Shown here: positions 9,098-18,360 of the stretch, one piece after another | Position numbering within the stretch: position 1 is the stretch's first letter | How the letters are laid out: every line of letters starts with the position of its first letter | Source of the DNA: Myxococcota bacterium | Lineage (GTDB): Bacteria > Myxococcota_A > SURF-8 | Length of the DNA: 64,000 nucleotides | Direction: 5' to 3' | Assembly: GCA_965140415.1 (NCBI GenBank) | Contig: OZ223209.1 | Coordinates: 5,792,001 to 5,856,000, forward strand | The notes under the pieces: model-generated | What the model saw: the letters and a program-made list of their open reading frames with translations, nothing else | What the model was told of the DNA's origin: nothing | The model's database searches: none | Made by a program: the position numbers and the translations under genes

Positions 9098-11146
9098 ATG
9101 GAACTGACGATGGGCACGCTAAGCATGTGGCTGTTTCTTGCAGTCTTGCTGATCGGCTTGGGGATTTTTTTGTATGTTTTCTATTATCGTTTGCAGATCC
9201 TGACGTTGGGATCTGCGGATAATCGCTTCGATCAGCTCGGCAATCGCGTATATGCCATGATCAAATACGCGTTTCTGCAATACAAGATGCCGCAGGAACT
9301 GAGCGCGGGTCTGCTGCATATCTTCATTTTTGCAGGCTTTATGACCCTGTCCATTCGCACGCTCATCATTTTCGGGCAAGGTTTCGGCGGCTCGGGCTTT
9401 TCGCTGAACGCCATTCCTGCAATCGGTTACTACATCGGACCGATTTACGCCCTGTTAAAAGAGCTGGTGGTCATCGGCGTGCTGATCGGCTGCGTAGGCT
9501 TTGCCTGGCGACGGTTGATCTCCAAACCGACTCGCATGCAGGATATTCCGCAGGCCGAGCCGGTTCTGATTCTTTGCTGGATCGCCGGTCTGATGATCGC
9601 CGACATGCTTTTGGAAGCGGGCCTGCACGCCGTCGGTCATCACGAGGCGGGCTTCTTTACCGCGCCGTCATTGGGTTGGCTGTTCAGCGGGTTGATGAAT
9701 GAATCCTCCGGCGCGACCATGTGGGAGGCGATGGTTTGGGTTCACAGCGTTATGATTCTGATTTTCCTGAACTATCTTCCCTTCGGCAAGCACTTCCACA
9801 TCATCACCGCCATTCCCAACGTTTTCTTGTCCAACATGAATCCGCGCGGACGGCTCAAGCCCATCGAAAACCTGGAAGAGCTGTTCGAAAAGATGGAAGA
9901 GGAAGACGTCAGCATCGGTTATCAGAACGTCGAGGATTATTCCTGGAAGGAAATTCTGGATCTGTATACCTGCACCGAATGTGGCCGCTGCATGCCGCAA
10001 TGCCCGGCCTGGAGCACGGAAAAGCCGCTGTCGTTAAAGCGCGTCAACAAAGAAAGCAAGCATCACCTCTACGAACGTGCCCCCTTCCTGCTCAATAAAA
10101 AAGCCGGTCCCGACGGCAAGGTCAAAGAATACGATGGTCCCGTCACTTGCGGCGGCGAAATCTCCGTCGACACGATCTGGGCCTGTACGCTTTGCGGCGA
10201 CTGCGAAGAGCGCTGCCCGGTGCTGATCGAGCAGGTGCCGCGTATCGTGAATCTGCGCCGCTATCTGGTGATGATGGAAGGCAACATGCCGCAGGAATTG
10301 AACAACACCTTCCGTGGCTGGGAACGCAACAGCAACCCCTGGGGTCTGGGCTACGACAAGCGCGGCGAATGGCTGACCGAGGATCTGGGCGTCAAGACGC
10401 TGGCGGAAGATCCGGACGTGGAATATCTTTTCTACGTCGGTTGCATGGGCTCTTTCGACGACCGCTCCACGCGCGTGACCAAAGCCGTTTGCAAGATCTT
10501 GCAGCAAGCGGGCGTGAGCTTTGGCGTATTGGGTATGGAAGAGCAATGCTGCGGCGAAACGGCGCGGCGGCTGGGTAACGAATTCTTGGGTCAGATGATG
10601 ATCCAGGCCAACGTCGAAGTGCTCAAGGGTTACAACGTCAAGAAGGTGATCGCCTTCTGTCCACACTGCTTCAATACGCTGAAAAACGAATACAGCGACT
10701 TCGACATGCAGTTCGAGGAAGTCTGGCACGCGGCGGACTTCGTACACAAACTGCTGGCCGACGGCAAAATCAGCATCAAGTCCGAGAGCCTGGGCGAGGT
10801 GGCCTTCCACGATCCCTGCTTCCTGGGCCGCTACAACCAGATTTTCGAGCAGCCGCGCAACCTGCTTAAGGCTGCAGGCGCAACGGTTGTCGATCCTGAA
10901 CTGAGCAAGAGCACTTCCTACTGCTGCGGCGCGGGTGGCGGTCGTATGTGGATGGAAGAAGAGAAACCGCGCGTCAACGACGAACGCTTCAAGCAGATCT
11001 GGACGGACTGCAAAGAGCCTGCGACCATCGGCGTCAGTTGTCCTTACTGCCTGACCATGATTCTAGACGGTAGCAAGAACGCCGATAAAGAGGACGATGT
11101 TAAGGTGCGCGACGTACTGGAGATCGTGGCCGACAACCTGGCCTGA
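9098..11146 (+). CDS. Membrane-bound (Fe-S) oxidoreductase, HdrF/FadF-like (cytochrome b-type TM region + 2x[4Fe-4S] + CCG domains)
   Basis: N-terminal TM helices with conserved His (LHIFIF, HSVM, KHFH); CTECGRC/CTLCGDC; CCG motifs (QCCG, HDPCFLGR, CCGAGGG). Confidence 0.9.
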   Translation: MELTMGTLSMWLFLAVLLIGLGIFLYVFYYRLQILTLGSADNRFDQLGNRVYAMIKYAFLQYKMPQELSAGLLHIFIFAGFMTLSIRTLIIFGQGFGGSGFSLNAIPAIGYYIGPIYALLKELVVIGVLIGCVGFAWRRLISKPTRMQDIPQAEPVLILCWIAGLMIADMLLEAGLHAVGHHEAGFFTAPSLGWLFSGLMNESSGATMWEAMVWVHSVMILIFLNYLPFGKHFHIITAIPNVFLSNMNPRGRLKPIENLEELFEKMEEEDVSIGYQNVEDYSWKEILDLYTCTECGRCMPQCPAWSTEKPLSLKRVNKESKHHLYERAPFLLNKKAGPDGKVKEYDGPVTCGGEISVDTIWACTLCGDCEERCPVLIEQVPRIVNLRRYLVMMEGNMPQELNNTFRGWERNSNPWGLGYDKRGEWLTEDLGVKTLAEDPDVEYLFYVGCMGSFDDRSTRVTKAVCKILQQAGVSFGVLGMEEQCCGETARRLGNEFLGQMMIQANVEVLKGYNVKKVIAFCPHCFNTLKNEYSDFDMQFEEVWHAADFVHKLLADGKISIKSESLGEVAFHDPCFLGRYNQIFEQPRNLLKAAGATVVDPELSKSTSYCCGAGGGRMWMEEEKPRVNDERFKQIWTDCKEPATIGVSCPYCLTMILDGSKNADKEDDVKVRDVLEIVADNLA

Positions 11147-11173
11147 TGCAGTAACACGTTTTTGGTTTTATAG

Positions 11174-11199
11174 AAGGGCGCGGCAACGCGCCCTTTTTT
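11174..11199 (+). terminator. Rho-independent terminator
   Basis: AAGGGCGCG-GCAA-CGCGCCCTT followed by a T-run, just after the stop of the HdrF-like gene. Confidence 0.85.
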
Positions 11200-11283
11200 C
11201 GTGGGGGAGAAATGAAATTGATTGTATTAATCGGAGCAATATATCAAAATGGCTTGAATTGTTAGCCGAGGGAAAAAAGGAAT

Positions 11284-12534
11284 ATGGAGATCTATTTAAC
11301 CAATGTTGCAGAGCGTTGGAAAAACGAGTTAGACAATGCTGATTGCAGCGTTTCGATATTTACTCCTTACCTATCCTCGCCAACAGCAAAAGAGATTGTA
11401 GAACATATATCACATCCCGAGAAATGTAATATCTATACTCTTTTCGAATCCTATAATTTCGCGGTTGGAAGTTCAGATATAAATACTCTCAGTACTTTAC
11501 AAGACATGGGTTTTAATCTTTTTCACCTGCCTAAACTTCACGCAAAAATAATTCTAATTCATGGAAAGTTTGTTTCCATTGGAAGTCAAAATGTGACCAA
11601 CGCAGGTCAAGAAAGAAGAGAAGCTACAATTTGTACTTCTAGTAATCAGGCTATCAAACAGGTTGAAAACGATGTTCAAAATTGGTTGATAGATCGAGTT
11701 GAGATTACAGCATCAATGATTCAAACCATGAAAGAGTATTTACCAGATTTGCTGAGTTTGGTTAACGAACTAAAAAGCTCTAGTGTTAGTATTGATAAAA
11801 TAGTTGAAATGAAAAAAACTATTGCGATCCTAAAATTTAATAAGCGTAAAAAGAAACTTGCTCGTTCACTGATGGAAACAAGAAAACTTCATCTGCGTTT
11901 ATCAGGAACAGTTTATAAAAGAATCAATGATTCTTATTATCTTAAGCCCAATGACAAAGGATTTGTTTCAACGATTAGTGAGGAATTTAGTAGGGAAAAA
12001 AACTATAATATTAAATTACCAAATTTGGAAAGATACCCAATAATAAATAAAAACACAGGACAATTGTCATGGTGTCGCGTATCCGAAACAAGTATATCGA
12101 GATTTTTTACAGGTTGGTTTCTAGAAGAGGAAATAGAAAACAAGAAAATTCGTTTTTCTGTCGATGTGACAAATAGCTACTTAATTAATAGACAAAATTT
12201 CACGATCAATCTCAAAGATTCTAACTCTGATGAAAAACAATCAGAAGAACTTGATTTTGGGGGATGGATTACTCCCAACTCCCTTGATCTTGACCTTGAC
12301 CCGGATTTAATCCCCAAAAATGCATTATCTGAATGGGTACTACAAAACAAAGAAGCAATTACTGAGACTATTAAGCATTTAATACTGAGTAGCTTTAAGC
12401 CCTCCAAGCCACTAGAAAGCAGCGAAGCATTAGCAAACGATTTCTTCGGGCCGGAAAAGTCAAAGCATATTATTGAAATTTACTTGTTTGATGATAAGTA
12501 CCCTATTTTAGTATCATCCCCAGAAAATTATTAA
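11284..12534 (+). CDS. PLD-like (single HxK) nuclease-domain protein, AT-rich
   Basis: TPYLS, LHAKI and GSQNVT motifs in the N-terminal ~140 aa; visibly much lower GC than the flanking genes. Confidence 0.75.
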   Translation: MEIYLTNVAERWKNELDNADCSVSIFTPYLSSPTAKEIVEHISHPEKCNIYTLFESYNFAVGSSDINTLSTLQDMGFNLFHLPKLHAKIILIHGKFVSIGSQNVTNAGQERREATICTSSNQAIKQVENDVQNWLIDRVEITASMIQTMKEYLPDLLSLVNELKSSSVSIDKIVEMKKTIAILKFNKRKKKLARSLMETRKLHLRLSGTVYKRINDSYYLKPNDKGFVSTISEEFSREKNYNIKLPNLERYPIINKNTGQLSWCRVSETSISRFFTGWFLEEEIENKKIRFSVDVTNSYLINRQNFTINLKDSNSDEKQSEELDFGGWITPNSLDLDLDPDLIPKNALSEWVLQNKEAITETIKHLILSSFKPSKPLESSEALANDFFGPEKSKHIIEIYLFDDKYPILVSSPENY

Positions 12535-12609
12535 TATCCAATTGACAACCTCCACCCCGATGGTCTCAAATAGAGAAACTTGGAGCACAACGAAATACAG
12601 GGGAGTACG

Positions 12610-13131
12610 ATGAAAGCTTTTCACATTCTCTTCGCTATCGGCAAGGACCGCCCCGGCATCGTGGGCGAGGTTTCCAGCTTCTTGACGGATCGCGGCGCGA
12701 ATATCGAAGACAGCCGCATGGCGGCGATGGGCGGACGGTTTACCTTGAACCTGCTCTTCTCCATCGATGCCAATCAAGCCACCCGTATCACGGCAGAATT
12801 GACGACCCTGCACGCTGCGGGCTTGGAATGCTCATTGCATTCCGCAGAAGATCCCAGCGCCCTGAAACGCGGGTCGAGCCTGCCGCTGAAACTCAGCATT
12901 CAAACCATGGATCATGTCGGAGTGGTGAAAAAAGTGGTGCGCGTGCTGCACGCGGCGCAGGCAAATATCGAATACCTGGACACCCAAATCACGCACGCGC
13001 CCTTTAGCGGTGAAGCCATTTTCAACCTTTCGCTGACCGCTTCCATTCCGGCGGAGCAGTCGATTCCGACCGTAAAAAAGAACCTGCTGCAACTGGCCGA
13101 CGAGGAAAACCTGGATCTTAACTTCGCCTAG
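12610..13131 (+). CDS. gcvR: Tandem ACT-domain protein, GcvR-like
   Basis: GKDRPGIV...GANIEDSRM and DHVGVV...NIE; GGGAG RBS before the ATG at 12610. Confidence 0.75.
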   Translation: MKAFHILFAIGKDRPGIVGEVSSFLTDRGANIEDSRMAAMGGRFTLNLLFSIDANQATRITAELTTLHAAGLECSLHSAEDPSALKRGSSLPLKLSIQTMDHVGVVKKVVRVLHAAQANIEYLDTQITHAPFSGEAIFNLSLTASIPAEQSIPTVKKNLLQLADEENLDLNFA

Positions 13132-13166
13132 CGTGTACACTGCATCCCCAACAGGAGGTGTGTAGT

Positions 13167-14102
13167 ATGCAGGCGTTTCGAAATCGGCTGGCCAAACGGG
13201 AAAAGCATCTTGGGAAATGGGCGCGACGCGAGCGCGTGGAGGCGTATCGCGTGTACGACCGCGACATCCCCGAATTCCCCTACCAGGTGGATCGCTACCG
13301 CGACAACGCCGTGCTGGCCCTGGTGGGCAAATTCGGCGGCATTGATGAAGAAGAGGAACAGTCGCGACTACAGCAGGCGCAGGTCATCGTGGCGGAAGTG
13401 CTGAACGTCGAAGCCAAACGGGTGTTCGTCAAGCAGCGGCAACGACAAAAGGGCAGCAGTCAATACGAACGCCTGCAACAGCGCGGCGTGGAAATCGACA
13501 TCAACGAAGCGGGCCTGCGCTATATCGTCAACCTGAGCGACTATCTGGACACCGGCCTGTACCTGGACCACCGCCCCACGCGGACACTGGTGCGCAGCCT
13601 GTCACAAGGCAAGCGCGTATTGAATCTCTTTGCCTATACCGGTTCCTTTTCCGTGGCGGCTGCGGCTGGCGGAGCCGCCCAGATCGTGACGGTGGATCTT
13701 TCCAATACGTACTTGAAGTGGGCGGGACGCAACTGGGAGAAGAACCCGCAACCGAAGTGCGAGCATCATCTGCTGCGCGAAGACGTGCAACAGTTTCTGG
13801 TGCAGGAACTGGAGCGTCCCCGGCGCTACGATTTGATCGTGCTCGATCCACCCTCTTTTTCCAACAGCAAAAAGATGTCCGGCACCATGGACATCCAGCG
13901 CGATCATGCAGGTTTGATCTCCAAGGTCATGCGTCTATTGGATAAAGACGGCGCGTTGTTGTTCAGCACGAATCGGCGTGGCTTCAAGCTGGATGAAGAG
14001 CGGTTGTCGGCCTTTGCCGTAGAAGATATTACCCGACAGACGACCCCACCCGATTTCGAACGTGTCCCGGCGCACCGCGCTTATTGGTTGAGAAAGAAAT
14101 AG
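13167..14102 (+). CDS. Class I SAM-dependent rRNA methyltransferase (RlmK/RlmI-like)
   Basis: YRVYDRDIPE, DYLDTGLYLDHR, LNLFAYTGSFS, VDLSNTYL, LDPPSFSNSK. Confidence 0.9.
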   Translation: MQAFRNRLAKREKHLGKWARRERVEAYRVYDRDIPEFPYQVDRYRDNAVLALVGKFGGIDEEEEQSRLQQAQVIVAEVLNVEAKRVFVKQRQRQKGSSQYERLQQRGVEIDINEAGLRYIVNLSDYLDTGLYLDHRPTRTLVRSLSQGKRVLNLFAYTGSFSVAAAAGGAAQIVTVDLSNTYLKWAGRNWEKNPQPKCEHHLLREDVQQFLVQELERPRRYDLIVLDPPSFSNSKKMSGTMDIQRDHAGLISKVMRLLDKDGALLFSTNRRGFKLDEERLSAFAVEDITRQTTPPDFERVPAHRAYWLRKK

Positions 14103-14150
14103 CAGGCGTCGGATGAGCATCTGTCGTGCCCATCTTCATCATATCGGAGT

Positions 14151-14298
14151 GATGGGCAAAGCAATTGCCCATCCTACTATGAATTACTATACACGTGCAT
14201 AGTATTGGTAGCTATTAATCAGGTACAATGTACCCGACATTTCCGATTGGTGTCGGGTCAGGAGACCCGACCAAAACCTGTGGAGCATGACGGGAGCC
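14151..14298. repeat. Mosaic REP-like palindrome cluster flanking the IS
   Basis: GATGGGCAA-AGCAA-TTGCCCATC-CTAC (GTAG-type, reversed), ATCAGGTAC-AAT-GTACCCGAC, TGTCGGGTC-AGGA-GACCCGAC, and the left half TGGAGCATGACGGGAGCC. Confidence 0.7.
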
Positions 14299-15604
14299 CA
14301 CAGCTGTCCCGCTAACTTCCAGGTTCAGCGCTACAACTACTTATTATTACAGATTGAATTTGTGATTATCAGGTGTCCGCGATAGTTTTTCTGCATTTCG
14401 AATAGTCAAGAAATGCAGGAGATCAAAATGACACAGACTGTCTTTTCGCAAGTGCTCGACTATTTGCCGGATCGCCATTTCCGCCGTTGTGTCAATCGCT
14501 ATCAGGGGAACAAGCGCATTCGTACCTTTTCCTGTATGGATCAATTCATTTGCATGGCATTTGCCCAGCTGGCCTACCGCGAAAGCCTGCGCGATATTGA
14601 AGCGACCTTGCGGGCTATTCAGCTGAAACTTTATCACATGGGTCTGCGTGGAAAAGTCTCTCGCAACACACTGGCCAGAGCGAATGAAAAACGCGACTGG
14701 CGCATTTACGCAGATCTCGCTCAGCCCCTGATACGGCGCGCCCGCGCGCTGTATGCGGACGAGAAGCTCGCCGTCGACCTAGACGCCACCACCTACGCGC
14801 TCGACACGACAGCGATTGATTTGAGTTTGTCGCTTTTTCCATGGGCCAAATTCACGCGATACAATGGATCATTGCGTCTTCACACGCAAATGGACCTTCG
14901 CGGACGGATTCCCGCCTTTATTTCCATTACGGACGGCAAGAGCCATGACAAGCGTTTACTGGATATTCTGCCTTTGGAAGCGGGCGCATTTTATATCATG
15001 GATCGCGGTTATGTCGATTACGGACGCATGCATCGCATCCATCGGGCGGGAGCCTTCTTCATTCTTAGAGCCAGCAAGAACACCAGCACAAAGCGAATCT
15101 ATTCACACCCCATCGACAAGAGCTTGGGATTGCGCGCCGATCAGACCGTGAGCTTCGTGGACCGTGCTTCCATTCGACGCTATCCGGATCATGTGCGGCG
15201 AATCAACTACATCGATCCAGAATCGAACACCCGATTTGTCTGGCTGACCAACAACTTTGATCTTTCTTCGGAAACGATTCCGGACTTGTACCGGCTGCGG
15301 TGGAGTATCGAAGTGTTTTTCAAATGGATCAAACAGAATCTGCGAATCAAGGCGTTTTACGGTCGCAGCGCCAATGCGGTAAAGACACAAGTGTGGATTT
15401 CGATTACGGTTTATCTGTTGGTTGCGATTCTGAAAAAGGATCTGAATCTCGAGCACAGTTTGATGACGATTCTACAGATTTTAAGCGTCACGCTTTTCGA
15501 GGAAAGCCCCATTTTACAGGTGCTAAAGGCAAACGCCTCCCTGCCTACCAATATCCCTTTTGGTAAGCAGTTGGAATTATTCAATAGTTAACGGGACAGC
15601 TGTG
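14299..15604 (+). mobile_element. IS4-family insertion sequence (1306 bp), 19-bp terminal IRs, 10-bp target-site duplication
   Basis: IRL CACAGCTGTCCCGCTAACT (14299-14317) and IRR AGTTAACGGGACAGCTGTG (15586-15604) match at 18/19; direct repeat GACGGGAGCC at 14289-14298 and 15605-15614. Confidence 0.95.
14413..15591 (+). CDS. IS4-family DDE transposase (DUF4372 N-terminus)
   Basis: VFSQ...FAQLAYRESLRDI, ALDTT, MDRGY, YRLRWSIEVFFKWIKQNL (YREK-like); the stop lies inside the IRR; alternative start at 14428. Confidence 0.95.
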   Translation: MQEIKMTQTVFSQVLDYLPDRHFRRCVNRYQGNKRIRTFSCMDQFICMAFAQLAYRESLRDIEATLRAIQLKLYHMGLRGKVSRNTLARANEKRDWRIYADLAQPLIRRARALYADEKLAVDLDATTYALDTTAIDLSLSLFPWAKFTRYNGSLRLHTQMDLRGRIPAFISITDGKSHDKRLLDILPLEAGAFYIMDRGYVDYGRMHRIHRAGAFFILRASKNTSTKRIYSHPIDKSLGLRADQTVSFVDRASIRRYPDHVRRINYIDPESNTRFVWLTNNFDLSSETIPDLYRLRWSIEVFFKWIKQNLRIKAFYGRSANAVKTQVWISITVYLLVAILKKDLNLEHSLMTILQILSVTLFEESPILQVLKANASLPTNIPFGKQLELFNS

Positions 15605-15638
15605 GACGGGAGCCCTGCTCCAACGCAGAGGTATACTA

Positions 15639-16142
15639 CTACCCCGACTTCCACATGCGATGCAACAATGGAAAGACGGCGGGAGTTTTAAGGCGGTACT
15701 GCTTGTATTCATCACCGAACATGCGGAGTAGCTCCGCTTCTTCTTTGCGCACGAGCAGAATCAAGGTGACATACATGGCCGCCACAACAGCGAAAATCGG
15801 CCACGATTGCAACAGCAATCCAAGTCCGGGTGCAAGAAACACAACCCATGCGCCATAAACCGGGTGACGGCAGGCGGCATACGGTCCCTTTGTGAATAAC
15901 TCACCTTTGGGAAACCGTGTGTTCAACACATAAAGCGCCGCGATAAAAAACGGAAAGCCGATGAGTATCAGCGACACTCCAAGTCCGTATTGCCACGACG
16001 ACGGAATGAGGGTGATACTCAGCGCTTCAGGATATCGCACACGCAAGCCGATGCCGATCGCGGTGTATAGCAGCGATAAGACAACGAAGATGGGACCGAC
16101 CCCAAATATGCTTAGCCTGCGCTTCGCGTTCTCCTTCACCAT
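15639..16142 (-). CDS. Isoprenylcysteine carboxylmethyltransferase/PEMT-family membrane protein
   Basis: LFTKGPYAACRHPVY, EEAELLRMFGDEYKQY...PAVFP. Confidence 0.85.
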   Translation of the reverse strand: MVKENAKRRLSIFGVGPIFVVLSLLYTAIGIGLRVRYPEALSITLIPSSWQYGLGVSLILIGFPFFIAALYVLNTRFPKGELFTKGPYAACRHPVYGAWVVFLAPGLGLLLQSWPIFAVVAAMYVTLILLVRKEEAELLRMFGDEYKQYRLKTPAVFPLLHRMWKSG

Positions 16143-16264
16143 CCGGTTTGCCCTTTCATCGATCAGGATTTCTATAATGAGTCGTTTTAAGATACCTCAT
16201 TGCCATGGGATTTGAAAGCAGCCACAGACAATATCCGGCGGACGCACTCGTCAAAACCCCATAC

Positions 16265-16300
16265 ACAAAAACGAACCGGGCGCCACGATTGGCGCCCGGC
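16265..16300 (-). terminator. Terminator after metF copy 1
   Basis: GCCGGGCGCCA-ATCG-TGGCGCCCGGT followed by TCGTTTTTG on the minus strand. Confidence 0.7.
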
Positions 16301-16328
16301 AATTGATGTACACTAATTTTGATGAAGA

Positions 16329-17264
16329 TCAGCCCTGGCTCATATCCGGTCGGGGATACAGGCCCGCGCCTTTGACCATCGGTTCTACCGCCTCTTCCCA
16401 TTCGATGGCCATGATGTGAACGCCGGCCACGCCTTCCATCTCCTTCAACGCTTTGATGGTTTCGATGGCGATCTCGATACCGGTTTCCTTCTGCTTGTCC
16501 GCAGGCGCATCTTTCATGCGCTGCACCATGGCGTCGGGTACATCCATACCCGCCACGTTTTTGGCCATGTACGAAGCCATGCGCGCGCTCTTCATGGGTG
16601 TCACACCCGCTAAAATTTTGACCTGCTCGTGCAGACCGCGTTTGCGTACACCTTCCATCCATTCGCCGAAACGATCCAGGTTAAAGACGCACTGCGTCTG
16701 GATGAAGTTGACACCCGCCGCCGCCTTCTTCGCCAGACGCGGAACGCGAATCGCAAAGGGATCGGCAAAGGGATTGGCCGCCGCACCGATGAACATCTTG
16801 GGCGCGCCCTTTTTGATGGGCTTGCCGCCCTGGAACACTTCGTCGTCGCGCATACGCTTGACGATGTTGATCAGTTGAATGGAATCGACATCGTACACGT
16901 TTTTGCTGCCCGGATGATCGCCGAACTGTTGGTGATCGCCGGAAAGGCAGACGATGTTCTTGATGCCCAACGCCGCCGCGCCCAGAATGTCGGATTGCAT
17001 GGCGATGCGGTTACGGTCACGACAGACCATCTGCATCACCGGCTCCAAGCCCATTTCCAGCAAAAGCTTGCTGGCAGCGATGGAGGACATGCGCACCATG
17101 GCCGTCTGATTGTCCGTGACGTTCACGGCATCGACGAAGCCTTTCAATAGCGCTCCCTTTTCACGCACAACTTCCGGGTCCATTCCACGAGGCGGTCCGC
17201 ATTCACCCGTGACCGCAAAGTGTCCAGCTCGTAACACGGCTTCGAGATTGCTGTTTGAAATCAT
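16329..17264 (-). CDS. metF: Methylenetetrahydrofolate reductase, copy 1
   Basis: VTGECGPPRG, NVTDNQ, CRDRNRIAMQSD, LSGDH, FIQTQ, GVHIMA. Confidence 0.93.
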   Translation of the reverse strand: MISNSNLEAVLRAGHFAVTGECGPPRGMDPEVVREKGALLKGFVDAVNVTDNQTAMVRMSSIAASKLLLEMGLEPVMQMVCRDRNRIAMQSDILGAAALGIKNIVCLSGDHQQFGDHPGSKNVYDVDSIQLINIVKRMRDDEVFQGGKPIKKGAPKMFIGAAANPFADPFAIRVPRLAKKAAAGVNFIQTQCVFNLDRFGEWMEGVRKRGLHEQVKILAGVTPMKSARMASYMAKNVAGMDVPDAMVQRMKDAPADKQKETGIEIAIETIKALKEMEGVAGVHIMAIEWEEAVEPMVKGAGLYPRPDMSQG

Positions 17265-17926
17265 TTAAGATCCTCCCGCGTGATGTGGCGCGGCCCTCCG
17301 TCGCGGCTCGTCGACCAGTCATTCACTTCATTGATTTTTTCGTAATTTTCAAGCTGATCCAAATCGGTCAGCCTGTCGATAATCACTTGCCAGCCGCAGG
17401 GAACATCTTTGTTGATTTCACAGTGGCCATCGACCGACCCGCCGCAGGGGCCGTTTAACAGACTCTTGGAACAACGCGAAATAGGGCAGATGCCGCCGGT
17501 CAGATGCAGTTTGCAACTACCGCAAGCCTGGCAGCGTTCCGTGTACTCGCCCGCCGCCGTCGCACCTCCCATAAAGGTGGTGTTCAGCGCTGGGAACACC
17601 GGCATACCCTTGTAACGCTCAGCCACAAACTGAACGCCGACACCGCAGCCCAATGACATCACGGCATCCACGCCTTCCAGATGCTGTTCCAGCATCTGCA
17701 CGTATTCCGGGTCGCACTGCCGCTCCAGCGTGATCTCCACGATTTCGATCGGCTTCTCCGCCTTCTGTCTTGCCAGCTTGATCTGGGTGCTTAGAATACC
17801 GACTTCCTTCTGACCTCCCGCACTGCATACCGTCACGCAGCCTTTACAACCGACGAGCGCGATCTTGTTGTACGGAGCAAGCATTTCCTCCAGCACATCC
17901 ATTGCTTTTCGTTCTGCTACGATCAT
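17261..17926 (-). CDS. metV: MTHFR small subunit (Fe-S/Zn), copy 1
   Basis: GCKGCVTVC, RQCD, GCGVG, CQACGSC, CPISRCSKSLLNGPCGG; 4-bp overlaps with both neighbours. Confidence 0.92.
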   Translation of the reverse strand: MIVAERKAMDVLEEMLAPYNKIALVGCKGCVTVCSAGGQKEVGILSTQIKLARQKAEKPIEIVEITLERQCDPEYVQMLEQHLEGVDAVMSLGCGVGVQFVAERYKGMPVFPALNTTFMGGATAAGEYTERCQACGSCKLHLTGGICPISRCSKSLLNGPCGGSVDGHCEINKDVPCGWQVIIDRLTDLDQLENYEKINEVNDWSTSRDGGPRHITREDLK

Positions 17927-18360
17927 GCGCGTACCTCCTGGTCCTCGGGGTTTCTCACGGCTAAATTAGGACCCAATTGACGTATCTTTTCCGTGAATAC
18001 ATTGAACAACTCGGCTAGCTGCGGTCCCATGGATGCAGCATTGTTATGAAATTCAAGTCGCTCCGGATCGATATGCGCCTCTTCCAACAACTTGCGACCG
18101 CGGGCGATGCGTTTTTTCGCCTTGATGTTGCCGCTGATGAAATGGCAATCGCCTTCCATGCAACCGACCACCAGAACGCCGTCGGCTCCTTTTAGAAAGG
18201 CATCCAGCACTTCCTGCAACTCGGCGCGCCCCGAACAGGGAATGCGGACGATGCGCACGTTGGGCGGATAACTGAGCCGCATGGAGCCGGCCAGATCCGC
18301 CGCTGCGAATCCGCAGTAGTTGCAGCAGAACGCGATAATGGTAGGTTCGAAATCAGCCAA
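17923..18360 (-). CDS. mvhD: MvhD/FlpD [2Fe-2S] subunit, Cys form
   Basis: FCCNYCGFAAADLAG, IPCSGR, GADGVLVVGCMEGDCHF; TTG start. Confidence 0.92.
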   Translation of the reverse strand: MADFEPTIIAFCCNYCGFAAADLAGSMRLSYPPNVRIVRIPCSGRAELQEVLDAFLKGADGVLVVGCMEGDCHFISGNIKAKKRIARGRKLLEEAHIDPERLEFHNNAASMGPQLAELFNVFTEKIRQLGPNLAVRNPEDQEVRA

